This document shows, one piece after another, positions 50,823-60,703 of a stretch of 64,000 nucleotides of DNA (the stretch's first letter is position 1; the number at the start of each line of letters is the position of its first letter). The stretch lies in assembly GCA_963678825.2 (NCBI GenBank), contig CAXXPB010000042.1:87344-151343 (forward strand), written 5' to 3'. Under the pieces are notes generated by a model. It did not search any database. It had not been told where the DNA came from and saw only the letters and a list, made by a program, of their open reading frames with translations. The position numbers and the translations under genes were made by a program. This stretch comes from an uncultured Microbacter sp. (GTDB lineage Bacteria > Bacteroidota > Bacteroidia > Bacteroidales > Paludibacteraceae).

Positions 50823-51010
50823 TTTGCCTGCGGCAGGCCTTACTTTTTGACGCAAAAAGTAAGCAAAAACATAGACGGAAAGAACTCGTTCGCTCGGCCA
50901 TGAAACCTTTTCTCATTATAAAATGTCTGTAGTTGTCCTACTCACTCAAACAGCTTTCCGTCAGTTTGGTATCTTTGTTTACCCTTCGGGGCTGGTTTTG
51001 CCAGAGATTA
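50823..51010. mobile_element. Palindromic element family F, un-nested copy
   Basis: GCCTGCGGCAGGCCTTACTTTTTGACGCAAAAAGTAAGCAAAAACA identical to the copy starting at 40147. Confidence 0.78.
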
Positions 51011-51083
51011 TCAAACAATAAAGTTCCATTTTATTTATCTGTTCATGCAGATTAGAATGGCTTTAACAAGCGAATTCCATTTA

Positions 51084-52331
51084 TTACTCAACCACCTGCA
51101 TACCTATCAACCGGTCATATCTTTCGCCCCATCCCCGGTAATAGGCATAAATCACATACTCGTTGCGGGTTTGCCACAAACTTCCTTCCATCGGCTGCAA
51201 CGAACCCAATGCCTCACCTTTTTTTACAAAGGCATACATATAGTTGTAACCGCCCTGCTTTAGTAAAACGGTTTGTTCATAAGCGCTGTGCTGAGCATTA
51301 TACTCCATCCGCACATTCCGGTCGAAAAGATTATAATTCAAAGCACCCAGGACATACAAAGAGCCTTCAAAAAAAGGTTTTTCGGTCGGAATCGTAAAAT
51401 GCACAAACATATAATCCGCATTCACAGAATCAGCCTCATCATTTTGCAGATTAACGACAAATCTTCCATTCGCATCTTCAATCTTCTCGTATGGCTTACC
51501 TGTTCTGGAGTTGTCCGGAAGCAAAGTGGCGTGGTAATACGGCGCATGATACTTAATATTGTCCACTCCATTGCCAAAGGTATAGATAGAAGAGCAGTCA
51601 AAGTTCCGGTACTCATTGCCACCTTCAAAAATCAAAGCACGGTTATTAACATAGGTTTGTTTGGAAGAGGTGGTATAGGACGGCTGCACTCCAAACACCT
51701 GATTATCGCATCTTTCGTTTTGACGAACCAGAATTTTCAATTCCGAAAACACATCTTTAATCGGGAACCGGCTGTTATCAACAGAAAAATCGAGCTGCTG
51801 GTAACGACGGTTAATTTCCAGGTCGGTATTTCCACGAAAGGTTCCTTCGATAGACACTTTCGGTTCCACCACGGAGAAACACGCCACAGCAACCACTTTA
51901 TCGGGATTATTATCCTCGTAAATGGCCACCCGGTAATTCCCTGAAATTTTAAATTTTACCTGATCATTTGGAAACCTGATTGCATAATGCGTATACAAAA
52001 AAGTCGTATTGAAGGACGACTCAAAATCATTTATCATTCCGGTGGATGAGCCGTCAATAGCTTCCATTTCGGTAATATTTGAGAGTGTCCAGTCTGCATT
52101 GCAATGCCGAATCGAATAGTAATAGTTTTTCCGGTCATGAGACATCTCATCAAATTTCACACAGATTCGATCCGCATCATCCAGGCGGATAACCGGCAAA
52201 GAAAGTTTTTGACCATCTACTCCGACCTGCAATGTCTTTATATTTTCAGACAACGGCATGGTTCTGTAGTGTTCCTGCGCTGACACACATAGCGTTGTCA
52301 CAAAAAAACATACAATCAAAAGACGTTTCAT
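51084..52331 (-). CDS. DUF5103 / type IX secretion plug-like protein
   Basis: Signal peptide; HCNADW, KISGNY, FEGGNEYRNFD, LLKQGGYNY. Confidence 0.75.
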   Translation of the reverse strand: MKRLLIVCFFVTTLCVSAQEHYRTMPLSENIKTLQVGVDGQKLSLPVIRLDDADRICVKFDEMSHDRKNYYYSIRHCNADWTLSNITEMEAIDGSSTGMINDFESSFNTTFLYTHYAIRFPNDQVKFKISGNYRVAIYEDNNPDKVVAVACFSVVEPKVSIEGTFRGNTDLEINRRYQQLDFSVDNSRFPIKDVFSELKILVRQNERCDNQVFGVQPSYTTSSKQTYVNNRALIFEGGNEYRNFDCSSIYTFGNGVDNIKYHAPYYHATLLPDNSRTGKPYEKIEDANGRFVVNLQNDEADSVNADYMFVHFTIPTEKPFFEGSLYVLGALNYNLFDRNVRMEYNAQHSAYEQTVLLKQGGYNYMYAFVKKGEALGSLQPMEGSLWQTRNEYVIYAYYRGWGERYDRLIGMQVVE

Positions 52332-52495
52332 CCGACACTGTTTAAGATTATGAGACTACTGTTCGGTATCCAACTACTCATTATCAACCAATCTTTGCAA
52401 AATTAAGGTATTTATGTCGTATCAAAACACTAAATACAAAAAAAGCTGCCGGCAATTTCATCACCGACAGCTTATAGATATTATCCTTGAAAAGA

Positions 52496-54016
52496 TTACA
52501 AATCAGTAATAGGTTTGTGTTTCGGAACCAAAAGCTTCATGCACAAGAAAGCGAGCAGGTAAGCAAACGCGCAAACGCCGAACATAATTCCGTATGCAGT
52601 AGAAACATTAGAAGAAATCAACTCCTTCGCATGATCCATCGCCTGAGGGCTAACAATTACCTCTTTCAGGTTATCAATCTTAATTTTATCGAGAGGAATC
52701 TGAGCAGTTTCCTGAATCAAACCCTGAGCTTTTGCCAAACCAACACCGATAGCGCGGTAATGATCTTCCAAACGACCGGCGATTTGTTGAACGGCAACAC
52801 CGCCCAAACCACCAAATGCAGCACCGATACCGGTTACAGTACCAACCGCTTTTTTCGGAAACATATCCGAAACAGTTGTAAACAAGTTAGCCGACCAGGC
52901 TTGGTGAGCCGCACCGGCAATACAAATAATTCCAATTCCGTATACGATACCGAAACCTGCCATCGTTTGTGTAAACAGCAAAGATAACGGAGCAATAGCA
53001 ATCAGCAACATCGAGGTCATACGGGCTTTGTAGGCAGCCCAGCCTTTGTTCATAAACGACATCGGAATAGAACCTCCGTAAACAGAACCGATGATAGCGA
53101 TACCAAACACAACGAAGTTCGAAACCATCACCCGTTGAGCAGTTTCTTCAGGAGAGAGACCTACGCAGAATTGTTGTTTTACATAAGTAGGCAACCAGAA
53201 AAGCAGAAACCACCAGATACCATCGGTCAAAAATTTACCAACCACGAACGACCAGGTCTGACGGTATCCCAGCATTTTGCCCCATGAAATTTTCTGACCA
53301 TGGTTAGCTGCATCATCGTCTACTTTTGGTTCGTCTTTGTCGCTATGAATATAATCGTATTCAGCTTGTCCGAGCTTCCCTTTTTCCAACATTTTTTTAG
53401 GAGTAGAATAGAAAATACTCCAGAAAATCAGCCAAAGAAAACCGATTACACCGGTAATGATAAAAGCCATTTGCCATCCATGCAGGCTTCCGAGAAACTC
53501 GGAGCCACTTGCCCAGGTGAGCAAACACCATGGAACGAAAATAGCACAAATCATAGCACCGATATTAGAACCCGAGTTAAAAACTCCGGTTGCAAGTGCT
53601 CTCTCTTTTTTAGGAAACCATTCAGCTACTGTTTTAATGGATGCCGGAAAGTTACCAGCTTCACCTGCTCCGAAAATACTTCGTGCAATACTATGTGCAA
53701 TAAGCGATTTACCCATTAAAGAACTTGCGATACCGGCAATTGACCACACAATAAGTGAAATTGCAAGGCCTACTTTAGTTCCTATTTTATCGATAACCCA
53801 CCCGGCTACTAACGTAAAACCGGCGTAGAATGCTGTAAAGACAGAAGTAAGGGTAGAGAACTCGGTAGAGCTCCAACCAAATCCTTCGGGAGAGCAGAAA
53901 TAATCTTTCAGGAACCCGATCACATTTCTGTCCATGTAGTTCACAGTCGTGGCAAAAAGGAGCAAAGAAGCAATCGTCCACCTGTATTTTCCAACTTTTT
54001 CAGTAACTGAAGTCAT
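52496..54016 (-). CDS. exuT: MFS hexuronate transporter
   Basis: NYMDR, GEAGNFP, EWFPKKERALATG, HQAWSAN; lies in the uxaC-kdgK-eda cluster. Confidence 0.85.
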   Translation of the reverse strand: MTSVTEKVGKYRWTIASLLLFATTVNYMDRNVIGFLKDYFCSPEGFGWSSTEFSTLTSVFTAFYAGFTLVAGWVIDKIGTKVGLAISLIVWSIAGIASSLMGKSLIAHSIARSIFGAGEAGNFPASIKTVAEWFPKKERALATGVFNSGSNIGAMICAIFVPWCLLTWASGSEFLGSLHGWQMAFIITGVIGFLWLIFWSIFYSTPKKMLEKGKLGQAEYDYIHSDKDEPKVDDDAANHGQKISWGKMLGYRQTWSFVVGKFLTDGIWWFLLFWLPTYVKQQFCVGLSPEETAQRVMVSNFVVFGIAIIGSVYGGSIPMSFMNKGWAAYKARMTSMLLIAIAPLSLLFTQTMAGFGIVYGIGIICIAGAAHQAWSANLFTTVSDMFPKKAVGTVTGIGAAFGGLGGVAVQQIAGRLEDHYRAIGVGLAKAQGLIQETAQIPLDKIKIDNLKEVIVSPQAMDHAKELISSNVSTAYGIMFGVCAFAYLLAFLCMKLLVPKHKPITDL

Positions 54017-54083
54017 AATTGTTTATAGATTTAAGTATAAAGGTGAAAGCGGAAAATGAAGATTCCATTTTCCGCTTAAAATA

Positions 54084-54752
54084 TTATTTCCGAACTTTTT
54101 TAATGATCGCCAAAGCATCGCTGCAAAGTTTGGTAATGCCAGCCCAATCCTGAGCTTTGATCAGGTCGGCCGGGAAAAGATTTGACCCCATACCCACGCA
54201 GGTAACACCTGCATCGAACCAACCTTTCAGGTTTCCTTCTTCGGGTTTCACACCACCGGTCACCATCAATTGCGACCAGGGCATCGGAGCTTTCAATCCT
54301 TTCACAAAGTTAGTTCCCAATACATCGCCGGGGAACACTTTGCAAAGATCACATCCCAACTCCTGAGCGAAGCCCACTTCCGAAACAGAACCACAACCCG
54401 GAGTGTACGGCACCAAACGGCGGTTTGCCACTTTGGCCACATCGGGATTGAACAGCGGGCCCACAATAAAGTTAGCGCCCATCTGAATATACAATGTTGC
54501 TGCTGGAGCATCCACAATAGAACCGATACCCAAAATCATTTCGGGACATTCTACAGCAGCGAATTTTACCAAATCACGAAATACTTCGTGAGCAAAGTCG
54601 CCACGGTTAGTAAATTCAAAAGCGCGAACGCCACCTTCATAACATGCTTTAAGCACATTTTTAGCTACTTCAATATCCTTGTTATAGAACACCGGAACCA
54701 TGCCGGTTTCTTTCATAGCAGCCAAAACCTGTATTTTTGAAAATCTTGCCAT
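54084..54752 (-). CDS. eda: KDPG/KHG aldolase
   Basis: FEFTNRG, KVFPG, TGGV, GMGS. Confidence 0.92.
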   Translation of the reverse strand: MARFSKIQVLAAMKETGMVPVFYNKDIEVAKNVLKACYEGGVRAFEFTNRGDFAHEVFRDLVKFAAVECPEMILGIGSIVDAPAATLYIQMGANFIVGPLFNPDVAKVANRRLVPYTPGCGSVSEVGFAQELGCDLCKVFPGDVLGTNFVKGLKAPMPWSQLMVTGGVKPEEGNLKGWFDAGVTCVGMGSNLFPADLIKAQDWAGITKLCSDALAIIKKVRK

Positions 54753-54761
54753 AATATTTCT

Positions 54762-54795
54762 ATTTACGATGTACGATTTAGAAATGTACGATTTA
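54762..54795. repeat. Heptamer array downstream of the four-helix-bundle gene
   Basis: ATTTACG ATGTACG ATTTAGA A ATGTACG ATTT. Confidence 0.8.
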
Positions 54796-55155
54796 AGCGT
54801 CGCCCATTTTTTCTCGCTTTGTAATAATGGATTTAGTTATAATTGCCAACAACTCTCCGGTTTCTCTTTTCAACTCTGTCAAAAGATCCGGCTTTATCAA
54901 CTCAGAATCAGCAATAACATCTAGCCAATATTCGGTTTCATCAAGTTCTTCTTCAACAATTTTCAACTTGTTTATAAAGTCCTTGTCCGATTTTGCTCTA
55001 CATGCTGCTCTGTAATTAGCTCCCGGCGAAGTTCCCGAACGAACTATCTGACTTCCAATTGCCTTTCCTGAAATAGTGTTAGGCAATTTGTCAACCATTT
55101 TAATAATGCGTCCCGAGAATTTTCTCAATCTCAATTTGAGTTCATCCGGAGTCAT
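54793..55155 (-). CDS. Four helix bundle protein (TIGR02436 / 23S rRNA-IVS-like family)
   Basis: [43 protein letters not shown]. Confidence 0.92.
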   Translation of the reverse strand: MTPDELKLRLRKFSGRIIKMVDKLPNTISGKAIGSQIVRSGTSPGANYRAACRAKSDKDFINKLKIVEEELDETEYWLDVIADSELIKPDLLTELKRETGELLAIITKSIITKREKMGDA

Positions 55156-55176
55156 TGGTCTGTTTTTAAGATGAAG

Positions 55177-55243
55177 AATATACGATTCACGACCAAAATC
55201 GTTCAGATTTTAATCGTAAATCGTAAATTTTTAAATCTAAAAT
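55177..55243. repeat. Heptamer arrays upstream of the four-helix-bundle gene
   Basis: ATATACG ATTCACG then inverted AATCGTA AATCGTA AATTTTTA AATCTAA. Confidence 0.8.
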
Positions 55244-56286
55244 TATCTTGATACTCGTCCCGAGCCGTCACCTTTCATCAGATTTTCTACTTCAGGAACG
55301 GTTACCAGATTGAAGTCGCCATAAATAGTGTGTTTCAGGCAAGAAGCTGCTACGGCAAATTCGAGTGCTTTCTGATCATCGTTTGTGTAAGTCAGCAAAC
55401 CGTAGATCAAACCGCCCATGAACGAGTCGCCACCACCTACGCGGTCAACGATGTGAGTGATATCGTAATCTTTGGAGATTTTCAGAGAACCTTCTGAATA
55501 CAAACAACCTCTCCATGTGTTGTGATTAGCATTGATAGAACCACGAAGCGTTACAATTACTTTCTTAGCACGTGGGAATTTTGCCATCATTTGAGTACAA
55601 ACCGATTCAAATTCAGCTGCGTTCACTTCGCCACCGGTGTGTTCTACATCGAAACCTTCTGGTTTGATACCGAACACTTTTTCGGCATCTTCTTCGTTGC
55701 CCAGAATAACGTCGCAACCTTCAACCAAAGCAGGCATGACTTCCGACGCTGTTTTGCCGTATTTCCAGAGGTTTTTACGGTAGTTCAGGTCGCATGAAAC
55801 GGGAATGCCTAATTTGTTAGCGGTTTTGATAGCTTCGAGGCAAGCATCGGCAGCACCCTGCGAAAGAGCCGGAGTGATACCTGTCCAGTGGAACCAGTCG
55901 GCACCTTTCAATACTTCTTCCCAGTTAATCATACCCGGGGTAACTTCTGCAATTGAAGAGTGAGCACGGTCATAAACGACTTTGCTTGCACGGGCTATTG
56001 CCCCGGTTTCGAGGAAGTAAATCCCCACACGGTCACCACCTCGCACTACATTATCGGTTTTAACGCCATACTTGTGCAATTCGCTTAAACACCACTCTGC
56101 GATGTCATTTTTAGGCAAACGGGTAACGAACTGAGCGTTCATTCCGTAGTTAGCCAAAGATACGGCAACATTAGCTTCACCACCGCCAAAAGTAGAATTG
56201 AGGTGTGTTGCCTGACAAAAACGTTCGTAGCCCGGAGTGGCCAAACGAAGCATAATTTCTCCAAAAGTTACAATTTTCTTACTCAT
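55243..56286 (-). CDS. kdgK: 2-keto-3-deoxygluconate kinase (PfkB)
   Basis: FGEIMLRL, GGGEANVA, DLNYR..LW, DRVGGGDSF. Confidence 0.92.
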   Translation of the reverse strand: MSKKIVTFGEIMLRLATPGYERFCQATHLNSTFGGGEANVAVSLANYGMNAQFVTRLPKNDIAEWCLSELHKYGVKTDNVVRGGDRVGIYFLETGAIARASKVVYDRAHSSIAEVTPGMINWEEVLKGADWFHWTGITPALSQGAADACLEAIKTANKLGIPVSCDLNYRKNLWKYGKTASEVMPALVEGCDVILGNEEDAEKVFGIKPEGFDVEHTGGEVNAAEFESVCTQMMAKFPRAKKVIVTLRGSINANHNTWRGCLYSEGSLKISKDYDITHIVDRVGGGDSFMGGLIYGLLTYTNDDQKALEFAVAASCLKHTIYGDFNLVTVPEVENLMKGDGSGRVSR

Positions 56287-56452
56287 TGTATTGTTAGTGT
56301 ATTGATTAAATTGGTCTGCCAATTTTGCGAATGCAAAGAAACTGCTTTTTTCTCAATTAAACAATAACAGATTGTTACAAATAACCGTCACATTATTAGA
56401 ATTGTTCAGGTTTTAAGGCCTACAGTTTCTTTACATTGCTTTGAACGATAAA

Positions 56453-57859
56453 TCAGAACTTGAAGAAGTTGTTAGCGTTGTTATAGCTGATATCTTCTAC
56501 CATCTGACTCAGGAATGCCAGTTCGCTTGCCGGCAACTTACCCTTTTCTACGTCGGTTCCGATGAGGTTACACAGGATACGACGGAAATATTCGTGACGA
56601 GGATAAGAGAGGAAGCTGCGCGAGTCGGTCAACATACCCACAAAACGGCTCAACAGACCTAATACGGAGAGTGAATTCATTTGGGCAGTCATGCCGATTT
56701 CCTGATCGAGGAACCACCAGCCCGAGCCGAACTGAATTTTACCGGCAACGCTACCATCCTGGAAGTTACCGATCATGGTAGTAATCAAATCGTTGTCACG
56801 TGGATTAAGATTGTATAGAATAGTTTTGGCTAGTTTATTGTCGGTATCGAGACGGTTGAGGAATTTCGACATTGCCTTGGCAACGGTAAAGTCACCAATT
56901 GAATCGAAACCGGTGTCGGCACCTAAGCTCTTGAACAAACGGCTGTTGTTGTCGCGAATAGCTCCGAAATGGAATTGTTGTGTCCAACCGGTTTCCCAGT
57001 CCATGACGGCAAATTCAACCAACATTGCCGATTTGAATTTTACTATTTCTTCTTTGGTAAGCTCTTTGCCACCATATACTTTATTGAAGATGGCCTCGAT
57101 TTCGGTCTGTGTATAATCTTCAGCATAAAACTCTTCAATACCGTGGTCGCTCAACTTGCAACCTACAGAAGCAAAGAACTCGTGGCGTACGCGTAAAGCT
57201 TCAATCAGATCGGCAAATTTCGAAATAGAAACACCAGATACGGCGGCCAGTTTTTCGATGTATGCACGGAAGTTGGCTGCATTTTCAACGGCCATTGCTT
57301 TGTCAGGACGCCAGGTAGGAAGAACTTTAACTTCAAAGCCTTCGTTTTTCAGAGCAATATGATATTCGAGAGAATCAACAGGATCGTCGGTGGTACAAAC
57401 AACTTTTACGTTGCAGCGTTTCATCAGACCACGAGCCGAAAATTCGGGAGTACGCAACTTAGCAGTACATTCGTCGAAAATTTCTTTGGCAGTTTCAGGT
57501 TTGAGAAGCGTGTTGACCCCGAAAACAGAACGAAGTTCAAGGTGGGTCCAGTGGTAAAGAGGGTTACGCATGGTGTAAGGAACCGTAGCTGCCCATTTTT
57601 CAAATTTTTCCCAGTCGGTAGTATCTTTCCCGGTGCAGAAACGTTCTTCAATACCGTTGGTACGCATTGCACGCCATTTGTAGTGGTCGCCTTCGAGCCA
57701 AATCTGACCCAGGTTATCAAACTGGCGGTCTTTCGCAATAAATTCAGGGTTAAGGTGACAGTGATAGTCGATAATCGGCATTTTAGCCGCATGCTCGTGA
57801 TACAGTTGTTGCGCTGTTTCGTTGTCGAGCATAAAGTCTTTGTCCATGAAAGCTTTCAT
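56453..57859 (-). CDS. uxaC: Glucuronate isomerase
   Basis: IIDYHCHL, GDHYKWRAMR, GWWFLDQ, TDSRSFLSYPRHEYFRR. Confidence 0.97.
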   Translation of the reverse strand: MKAFMDKDFMLDNETAQQLYHEHAAKMPIIDYHCHLNPEFIAKDRQFDNLGQIWLEGDHYKWRAMRTNGIEERFCTGKDTTDWEKFEKWAATVPYTMRNPLYHWTHLELRSVFGVNTLLKPETAKEIFDECTAKLRTPEFSARGLMKRCNVKVVCTTDDPVDSLEYHIALKNEGFEVKVLPTWRPDKAMAVENAANFRAYIEKLAAVSGVSISKFADLIEALRVRHEFFASVGCKLSDHGIEEFYAEDYTQTEIEAIFNKVYGGKELTKEEIVKFKSAMLVEFAVMDWETGWTQQFHFGAIRDNNSRLFKSLGADTGFDSIGDFTVAKAMSKFLNRLDTDNKLAKTILYNLNPRDNDLITTMIGNFQDGSVAGKIQFGSGWWFLDQEIGMTAQMNSLSVLGLLSRFVGMLTDSRSFLSYPRHEYFRRILCNLIGTDVEKGKLPASELAFLSQMVEDISYNNANNFFKF

Positions 57860-58018
57860 ACGTATTCTTTTAGTATTATTTGGTATTATAATTAGATTCT
57901 AATTATCAATGCATTAGCACCGAAAGCACATTTACCGTGTTCGAGCACGAAGATAAGGATAAAATTTCAGAAGATGTTTCGTTTCTCAAAAAAATTTATT
58001 TTAATTCAACATTAAAAA

Positions 58019-58248
58019 AATGATTATCCGCAACATGACCTGTTAACGTCCCACATCCGAATTAGTATAACTCCGTCCTTTAGGGCGGAGAAAAGAAGAA
58101 TACGCATTCAGGGCTTTAGCCATGACTTCTCCAATTATCAGAAAACATCAATTTCAGGGCTAAAGCCCAGTTGATCATTGACTTTTTCATCTCCGCCCTA
58201 AAGGACGGAGTTAATAGAATCTGCGCAGGCTCCTTGCGGATAATCATT
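58019..58248. mobile_element. Family A outer TIR enclosing a family B REP doublet
   Basis: Perfect 15-bp IR AATGATTATCCGCAA/TTGCGGATAATCATT around the 58068-58213 REP doublet. Confidence 0.8.
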
Positions 58249-58273
58249 AAAAAAATATTATCCGGAAGCCTAA

Positions 58274-58981
58274 TCAGAAAGTCCCCGAAAGGCCAAGCTC
58301 GTCGGTTATGCAGAAAACCTGACTGTAAATATAAACTCCCATTTTATTCGTATTGAGCTTACGATTCAAGCGGAGAACGGGATGCCCGGGCCTCACACGA
58401 AAATGCTCCTGCAATTTGGCATCCGCTTTAATGGCAAAGATTTGCTGTACACCACCCGTAACCTCTATCTGATATTTGGTTCGTAGCAAATCAAACAACG
58501 ATTTATTTTCCAGATTCAAAGATGTAAAACGGGGAAAATTCAAATTAGGCAACATGGTAATATCATAAAACACCGGTTTCCCGTTGAGCGATCGCAGCCG
58601 TTCAAAATAAATACAACCGACCTCTTTTTCCACATCACTCAATTCAAAGGCAAACGCCTCTTTCCACGCTCGCACTTCCGGCCGACCGATAATTTTCGTT
58701 GTCAAAATGTTATCGCCCACAGCCGAAGTAGTACTCATCAACGACAGAATACCGATACCCTTCGGAACACCTTTCACAACGCTACCCTTCCCCTGATGTT
58801 TCAGAATGTAGCCATCCACCACCAGTCGATCAAGCGCCTTTCGCACCGTATGCCGTGCCACGCCATGCACAGAACTTAACTCATTCTCCGAAGGAAGCAA
58901 ATCTCCTTCGGCATACACTCCGTCCGTAATCAACCGACGTAATGTTTCATACAGTTTTTTATGTTCTGGGAGTTCTGCCAT
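58274..58981 (-). CDS. GntR family regulator (HutC/UTRA type)
   Basis: LPSENEL, VARHTVRKAL, GKGS; UTRA-like C-terminus. Confidence 0.9.
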   Translation of the reverse strand: MAELPEHKKLYETLRRLITDGVYAEGDLLPSENELSSVHGVARHTVRKALDRLVVDGYILKHQGKGSVVKGVPKGIGILSLMSTTSAVGDNILTTKIIGRPEVRAWKEAFAFELSDVEKEVGCIYFERLRSLNGKPVFYDITMLPNLNFPRFTSLNLENKSLFDLLRTKYQIEVTGGVQQIFAIKADAKLQEHFRVRPGHPVLRLNRKLNTNKMGVYIYSQVFCITDELGLSGTF

Positions 58982-59062
58982 AGCGTTAAAATAAAATGTT
59001 TTACGAATTACGGTTCAAAGGTAGAGATTGTCTATGATACCGCAAAACTTTTTTCAGTCAAC

Positions 59063-59177
59063 TTGTACGTACAATTATTATTTTTTATGCGTACAAATAT
59101 ATTTATACATCTGTATTTCAGATATATTAATTGATTTAAAAAATAACTTGTACATATATGTAATAGTTGTATCTTTG
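59063..59177. promoter_or_regulatory. Putative GntR operators and dehydrogenase operon promoter
   Basis: TTGTACGTACAA palindrome (59063-59074), variants at 59085 and 59148; TATCTTTG at 59170. Confidence 0.65.
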
Positions 59178-59278
59178 TATCCGACAGACGTCAAAAACCA
59201 ACATAAAGACACGGCAAGAACACTATTTTATAATATAACCGCCCAGAATTGAGGGCTACATCTTATTTCCAAATACTC

Positions 59279-60619
59279 ATGGCAACAGTAGTAATTATGC
59301 CCAAGCAGGGGCAATCAGTTGAAAGCTGCATCATCACGCAGTTCAACAAAAAAAAGGGAGACAGCGTCAAGCTGGGCGAACTCCTTTTCGCTTACGAAAC
59401 AGACAAAGCTTCGTTTGAAGAAGTATCTCCGGCTGACGGGATTGTTCTCGACATTTTTTTCGGCGACGGCGACGAAGTTCCCGTACTCACTAATGTGTTG
59501 GTGATCGGACAAACCGGCGAATCTACTGAAGAATTTCGCCCGGGAGGAACAGCAGTACCAGTAGAGAACAAAGGACAAGGAACAAAGAACAAAGAACCGG
59601 AAGTTCAAGCGACTGCTTCCGCAGCAACAGCATCAACTCCAACTACAGTGGTTTCAAGCTCAACCAATGGCGCGATTTCTCCGCGCGCCAAACATTTGGC
59701 TGAAAAGGAAGCTGTTTCTACAGGTGACATTCAAGGATCAGGTCCCAAAGGACGCATCATCGAACGCGACGTTCAGACGGCTATTGCTGACCGGCCAAAA
59801 CTTACTCCGCTGGCAAAAGCCGAAGCCAAAGCAACGGGTGCAACTGCAACAGAAGGCACCGGATTGGGTGGAAGCGTTACTGCCAAAGATTTATCGGCTG
59901 CTAAAAATCCTGTTTACGGCGTTGACTTTGAAGTCAAACCAGTCACCAATATGCGTAAAATCATTGCCAAGGCAATGCATGCTTCGTTGCAAAACTCCGC
60001 ACAGCTCACCCACCATTTAGGTGCAGATGCCCGCCGCATTCTCGAATTGCGCGAAAAGGTAAAGAAAGCGATGGAGAAAGGCTACCCTACTAACATCACA
60101 TTGAACGACATGGTAGGATTTGCTGTAATCAAAGCATTGAAAAAATTTCCGCAGGTCAACACTCACTTCCTTGGAGACAGCATCAAATATTTCAACAAAA
60201 TACATCTTGCCCTTGCCGTAGATACCGACCGCGGCCTGATGGTACCAGTAGTTAAGAATGCCGATGATCTTTCTATTCAAGGTCTTTCCAACCAATTCAA
60301 AGAAATTGCCAACGCATGCAAAAAAGGGAGCATTGACCCCGATTTACTTTCGTCGGAAGCTGCTACCTTTACCATTTCAAATCTCGGCAATTACGGAGTG
60401 GAAATCTTTACCCCGGTAATTAACCTGCCGCAGGCAGCCATTCTGGGCGTCAATACCATTGTTCCGCGACCAAAAGATCTGGGCAACGGGGCTTACGGAT
60501 TCGTTCCTTTTATCGGACTGAGCCTCACCTACGATCACCGCGCGCTGGATGGCGGCGAAGCAACCCGCTTCCTCAAACAAATTGCCATCGAGATTGAGAA
60601 CCTTGAATTTGAAATCTAA
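59279..60619 (+). CDS. Dihydrolipoamide acyltransferase (E2)
   Basis: Lipoyl ETDKA, E3-binding GSGPKGRI, DHRALDG. Confidence 0.93.
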   Translation: MATVVIMPKQGQSVESCIITQFNKKKGDSVKLGELLFAYETDKASFEEVSPADGIVLDIFFGDGDEVPVLTNVLVIGQTGESTEEFRPGGTAVPVENKGQGTKNKEPEVQATASAATASTPTTVVSSSTNGAISPRAKHLAEKEAVSTGDIQGSGPKGRIIERDVQTAIADRPKLTPLAKAEAKATGATATEGTGLGGSVTAKDLSAAKNPVYGVDFEVKPVTNMRKIIAKAMHASLQNSAQLTHHLGADARRILELREKVKKAMEKGYPTNITLNDMVGFAVIKALKKFPQVNTHFLGDSIKYFNKIHLALAVDTDRGLMVPVVKNADDLSIQGLSNQFKEIANACKKGSIDPDLLSSEAATFTISNLGNYGVEIFTPVINLPQAAILGVNTIVPRPKDLGNGAYGFVPFIGLSLTYDHRALDGGEATRFLKQIAIEIENLEFEI

Positions 60620-60703
60620 TTTGGAAATTTGCCAATCGGCTAATATGCCAATTAAATCGGTTTTAGCAGATTCAATGGTAAATCGTAAATCTTTAAATCG
60701 CAA

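Noticed and set aside
54793-55155. Diversity-generating retroelement (Avd-like gene) or rRNA intervening sequence
   Set aside because: No reverse transcriptase, TR/VR pair or rRNA in the window
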